DNA of 64,000 nucleotides. It comes from the human T2T-CHM13v2.0 reference genome, Homo sapiens. The stretch lies in the NCBI RefSeq assembly GCF_009914755.1, contig NC_060936.1, one strand, 5' to 3'. The notes beneath the pieces were generated by a model. It was not told the origin of the DNA, searched no databases, and worked only from the letters and a program-made list of their open reading frames with translations. This document shows positions 59,548-64,000 of the stretch, piece after piece. Position 1 is the first letter of the stretch. Each line of letters begins with the position of its first letter. The translations under genes were made by a program, and so were the position numbers.

Positions 59548-61016
59548 CTGGGCTCTACTTTTCATAAAGTTTCACATTTTAGACTTTAAATCCAAACCCA
59601 GAAACTATCTCAACAAGAGTTAATAAATAGACAACTCTGGGAATTTTTAAGATTACTTTTTGATACGTAAAGTGCATAGTCACACATAGAAGCAAGGAAT
59701 TTTTTTTATTATACTAAAAAATAACTAAAAAGCACTATTCCCTAACATTTTTGAAACTTTGACTTAAAAGCACTTCTACAGAGATCAACTGTAAGTGGTC
59801 TGAATCATAAACCAAAATGAAAAGCACATACATCAAATTGAAAGCATGTAACTTTGATTTACCTATTTTTGACCATATAATTTGAAATGACCACTCTCTC
59901 TCCCTGCTCAGCCTTTGTCTTAAGTAATTATGTTAACATCTCAAGTCTCCTTCAAACTGTCAATATTTTTCCCAAGGAGGAAATGCTACTGCATAGCTGA
60001 TGATGCCCAGGCATCAGGCTTCTGCATTCCTTTCTTTCATTGGTCTCAGATTAGCTGTCTTCTTTTTGTCCTAAACATTAAAAGTTACTAGATTTCAGCC
60101 AAAAAAAGAAGTATTGGCGTCAAAAGCTAAGACAAAAAGTAGATAAAAATAACTAATGGAAAACAAACAAACAAAAAACTATTTTAAAAAATGCTCCATT
60201 TCCACCAGATTGGTCATTTTCCTTTTGTGCAATGACATTTCATTTTCTTTCACTTGATCTGACTTCTAACCAAGTTCTTTCTTAAATTACAGGCAGCTAA
60301 GCCTTTAAAATTTTTATCTGCAGCTTTCAGGATCCACAGAGACAAATGGCAAAGTGGTAGACCGTGACACAGCCACAACCCAAGCCCACAGAGGCCAGCC
60401 AAGCTTTATGCCTCCAGCAGCATGCCTCAGTCTCTGTGCTAGGTCAGTAGCTCCACACCATCTGGGTTCCTCCCCCAGGATATATGATTTACTAAACCTG
60501 CTGAGATCCCATGTGTGACCTTTCTGAAGAATTAAACAGAAAATACACTTTTCTTCCTGTATAGCAATAAATCCCAAGCATTTTGATCCCCATGACCCCA
60601 CTTGAGGATTTATATAATATCCCCAAGCCACAAAACTTCTCTTCTTAAAAAAAAAACAAACAAACAAAAAAAAAAAAACAACAAGCCCGTCATCCTGCAA
60701 GTACCATTACCACTAGATAATTCTGAAATTACTTTTGCTCTTATATGAATTCACACATTTTGGCAAGGTGAAAAAAAAAAACAACTCAATGAGTGAATGC
60801 AGGAGTGAAAATGAGTTGGCTTCCCTAGTTTATACGGTAATAGCCCATATGAGCCACCATGAAAAAGTTAGAGCACTACAGCTGCTGTCTTCACGAACCC
60901 GTCAAAACACCTCTCAACCCCTCTGAGGGCTCCAAGCCTCAGGGTTTTGTTGTTGTTGTTATTCATATTATGGCCATGAACCCACATTGAACAAACCTCA
61001 GTTCTGAGAGACACTA

Positions 61017-61442
61017 TGTTATGGGTTAAGTTGTAACCCCCAGAAAGACGCATACCTGTATCTATGATGTGAATGTGACTTTATTTGGAAATAGAGTCTT
61101 TGCAGATGTAATCAAGTTAAGATGAAGTCATTAGTAAGCCCTAATCCAACATGACAGGTGTCCTTAAAAAAGGAAAATGACATACGAAAAGACACGCAGG
61201 GAGAATGCCATGTGATGAGAGGCAGAAACTGCAGTGATTCAGCTGCAAGCCAAGGACCACCAGGGGTGGATGGCCAACCTTAGAAGCTAGGAAGAGGCAA
61301 GGGAGGACTCTGCTAAGAGTCTCAGAGGGAACCTGGCCCTGCTGTCACCTTGATTTTGGACTTCTAACCTCCAGAACTGAAGGAGAAGAAATGTCTGTTG
61401 TTCTAGGCCACCCAGTTTGTATAGCCCTAGGAAGCAAATACA
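61017..61442 (+). mobile_element. MLT1C MaLR solo LTR
   Basis: TG...CA ends; 'gtgaatgtgactttatttggaaatagagtctttgcagatgtaatcaagttaagatg'; 5-bp TSD cacta at 61012-61016 and 61443-61447. Confidence 0.88.
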
Positions 61443-61757
61443 CACTACAATGATTATGTTAGGAGAATGCCAGTGAGGCTTCTGCAGCACCCCTCTTTCA
61501 TAAGACTTCAGACAGCCAGAACAGAAGACTCACAATCTGGTACCACGCACTAAGTCTGTTTAATTCTCAGTTACCTATGAGGACATGAAATGCTACAAAC
61601 AGTTCATCTCTCTGCCTCTGAAAAAGTATTTTGTACTTCTATTTGAATGTGAGTGACTAGCATTCTGGAAATTTACTACACTTCAAACAGCAATGACAGC
61701 TTACACATATTCAGAGCTCACCACTCACCAGATGCTCTTTTAAGAATTCATATATGT

Positions 61758-62054
<297 letters not shown>

Positions 62055-63740
62055 TTACCTCATTTAATTCTTACAACAACTCTGTGAAATAAAATATTAT
62101 CCTTATTATATAAATGAGAAAATTGAGACAAGAAGAAACTAACTTGGCCAAGCATCAGAACCACAGTTTGATGACCCCAGGCAGACTGATTCCAGAGCCA
62201 GCTTCTTCACCAGCATGCAATAGTGTCTCTATTACAAATCCACACTGGATGTAGTTTCGATTATTCAGTTTATTCATGTTACTGTGTCTACTCAGCATCT
62301 TTCATCTTCCTCTGCTCTTGTGACTTGTTCTCCATTTCCGTGTTTTGAGCATTGGCCAAATTACCACTAGACAACTAAAGGACCCATGTTTAACATAGCT
62401 GAATCCCTTCTGCAAATGTGCTGTTTCCTACTTTTCCTAGGGCAGAGAGGTTAAGTATTTTGATTTAAAAGGCCTTCTATTCCAATTGAATTATAGTAAT
62501 CGAAGCTCCTATTTATGTTAACCAAGCACTTAAGCAAAGAAGGTGACAATGTCAGCAAGTCTCTTTCAAGAGCTTAATGTGCATAATCTCTAATCAGGAG
62601 TTGGCCATGCAGTAGAGCAATCTTCCTTATGATCTACAAGCTGGAAGTGATCCATTCCTCTCTCGAATTCTCCTTAATACTTAATGCTTATTATGACTTT
62701 TTAAAGAACTACCTTCTTATAATTATTTGTGTTCATGTGTTACTTCTCTTTTCTCATTGTAAATTCCTTAATTTCAAAACTACATTTTTACATCTGTCTC
62801 CCTCAGAGCAACTTCCTTGGTTCCTTGCATAAAGCAAGTGCTCAAAATATATTTTTGAAAGAATAACTGGACAAATATAAATGACTATAATATTAAACAA
62901 CTGATCCTGTTGTAATAATACACTGAATTCTAAAGATAGATTATTCAGTGTAATCAAAGTGACATAAAGGAATTTCACCTAAAGAATAAGTTCCTATGTA
63001 TTACCAAAACTGTAACTTAGACTTTAGGTTGAAAAGCAGAAAAGAAAAAATTTAGCTTTACAGCAAGGTTCTGATATACGTTTATCTAACCCAAAGACAG
63101 TTTATAAAGATAAAGCCTCTACTTAAAAGGATAAACAAAAACTACAATTTTTCAAAAATAAAGGAAGTCACACTGTTCAATTGGTGTAGGTATTCCAACA
63201 GCACAGTTGCAGGAGGACTCAGCTTTGCTGTACATGAGTCCTTCACATTTGCCTACATGGTGAGACAGCCTACTGGAAAAGAAAGTAGTTTCTAAATGAG
63301 AAAGCAAAATGCCTAAATGTTAGGCTTCTACACTCTCAATTTTAGAATTAATATGTCTGGGCTACATTGTGTTACACTGAGAAAAATCACTGCTGTTACC
63401 TTTGAGGAAACTGAATTCTAGTTGCAGCTCCACTACATAGTAATGGGAGAGCCACCTTTCATTGAGAACTTATAAAGAACACTGTTATACTATCTTACCT
63501 CATTTAATTTGGATAGTAACTCTGTGACTTTGTTGAGAAAACAGAAGGTCAAAGATGTTAATTAACTCATTTAATAGGTAGCAGATCTAGCACTGAAATC
63601 CAGTTATTTCTGTCTCCAAACTTTGTACTCTGCATTCACTCTCTGAGATAGCAATGGCTAACAGCATACCCAATATCCAATGTCTCCTTCTTGATTTTGT
63701 GTGTGATGGGAACATAAAATCATTCACCTTCCTAGACTCC

Positions 63741-64000
63741 TGTGGTAGGCAACTTCTAGGATGGCTCTTAATGTTCCCCACCTCCTGATATTCATGTCCT
63801 TATATATTCCCCTCCAGTTGAGCATTAGCTGGACCTAGTGACACCTATAACAAATAGAACAGGGCAAAAGTGTTGTAACTTTGCTTCCAAGCTTAGGCTG
63901 AAATAAACTGGCTTCCATTTATTCTGCTCTCTCTCATTCTGTTGCTCAGTGGGAGGGAAATCATCTACCATGTTATGATCTGCCCTGTGGAAGAGGCCCT
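63741..64000 (+). mobile_element. MLT1F-like LTR, cut by window end
   Basis: 'tgtggtaggcaacttctaggatggctc...cacctcctgatattcatg...gctggacctagtgac'. Confidence 0.75.

Noticed and set aside
60314-60700. 128-aa minus-strand ORF with an internal acceptor-like site near 60524
   Set aside because: It starts in a low-complexity A/T tract, has no recognisable domain and no convincing donor

Overview
This is primate (hominid-like, probably human) non-coding DNA, either a large intron or an intergenic interval. It is AT-rich, lacks a CpG island and is dense in interspersed repeats: about 21 Alus (monomers, AluJ, AluS, AluY), a 5'-truncated L1PA2, old L1M fragments, many L2/MIR/L3 relics, MaLR/ERV solo LTRs (MLT1, MSTA, MER21, MER57) and hAT DNA transposons (MER3, MER5, MER20, MER33, Zaphod-like). 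I cannot support any host protein-coding exon, RNA gene, CRISPR array or new multi-gene system. The ORF track is Alu-, L1- or chance-derived. The best second-look items are small genome-mechanics signatures read directly from the sequence: (1) an ultra-truncated L1 insertion with a double poly(A) tail and apparent 3' transduction inside a perfect 12-bp TSD (58629-58738); (2) an ungapped 132-bp local copy inserted into an MLT1 LTR (4351-4482 vs 5767-5898); (3) an Alu whose left arm carries a ~50-bp poly-G/G-quadruplex tract (28226-28279); (4) an alternating-orientation Alu cluster. Repeat subfamily names come from recalled consensus features, not a database search. Boundaries of old repeats are approximate.
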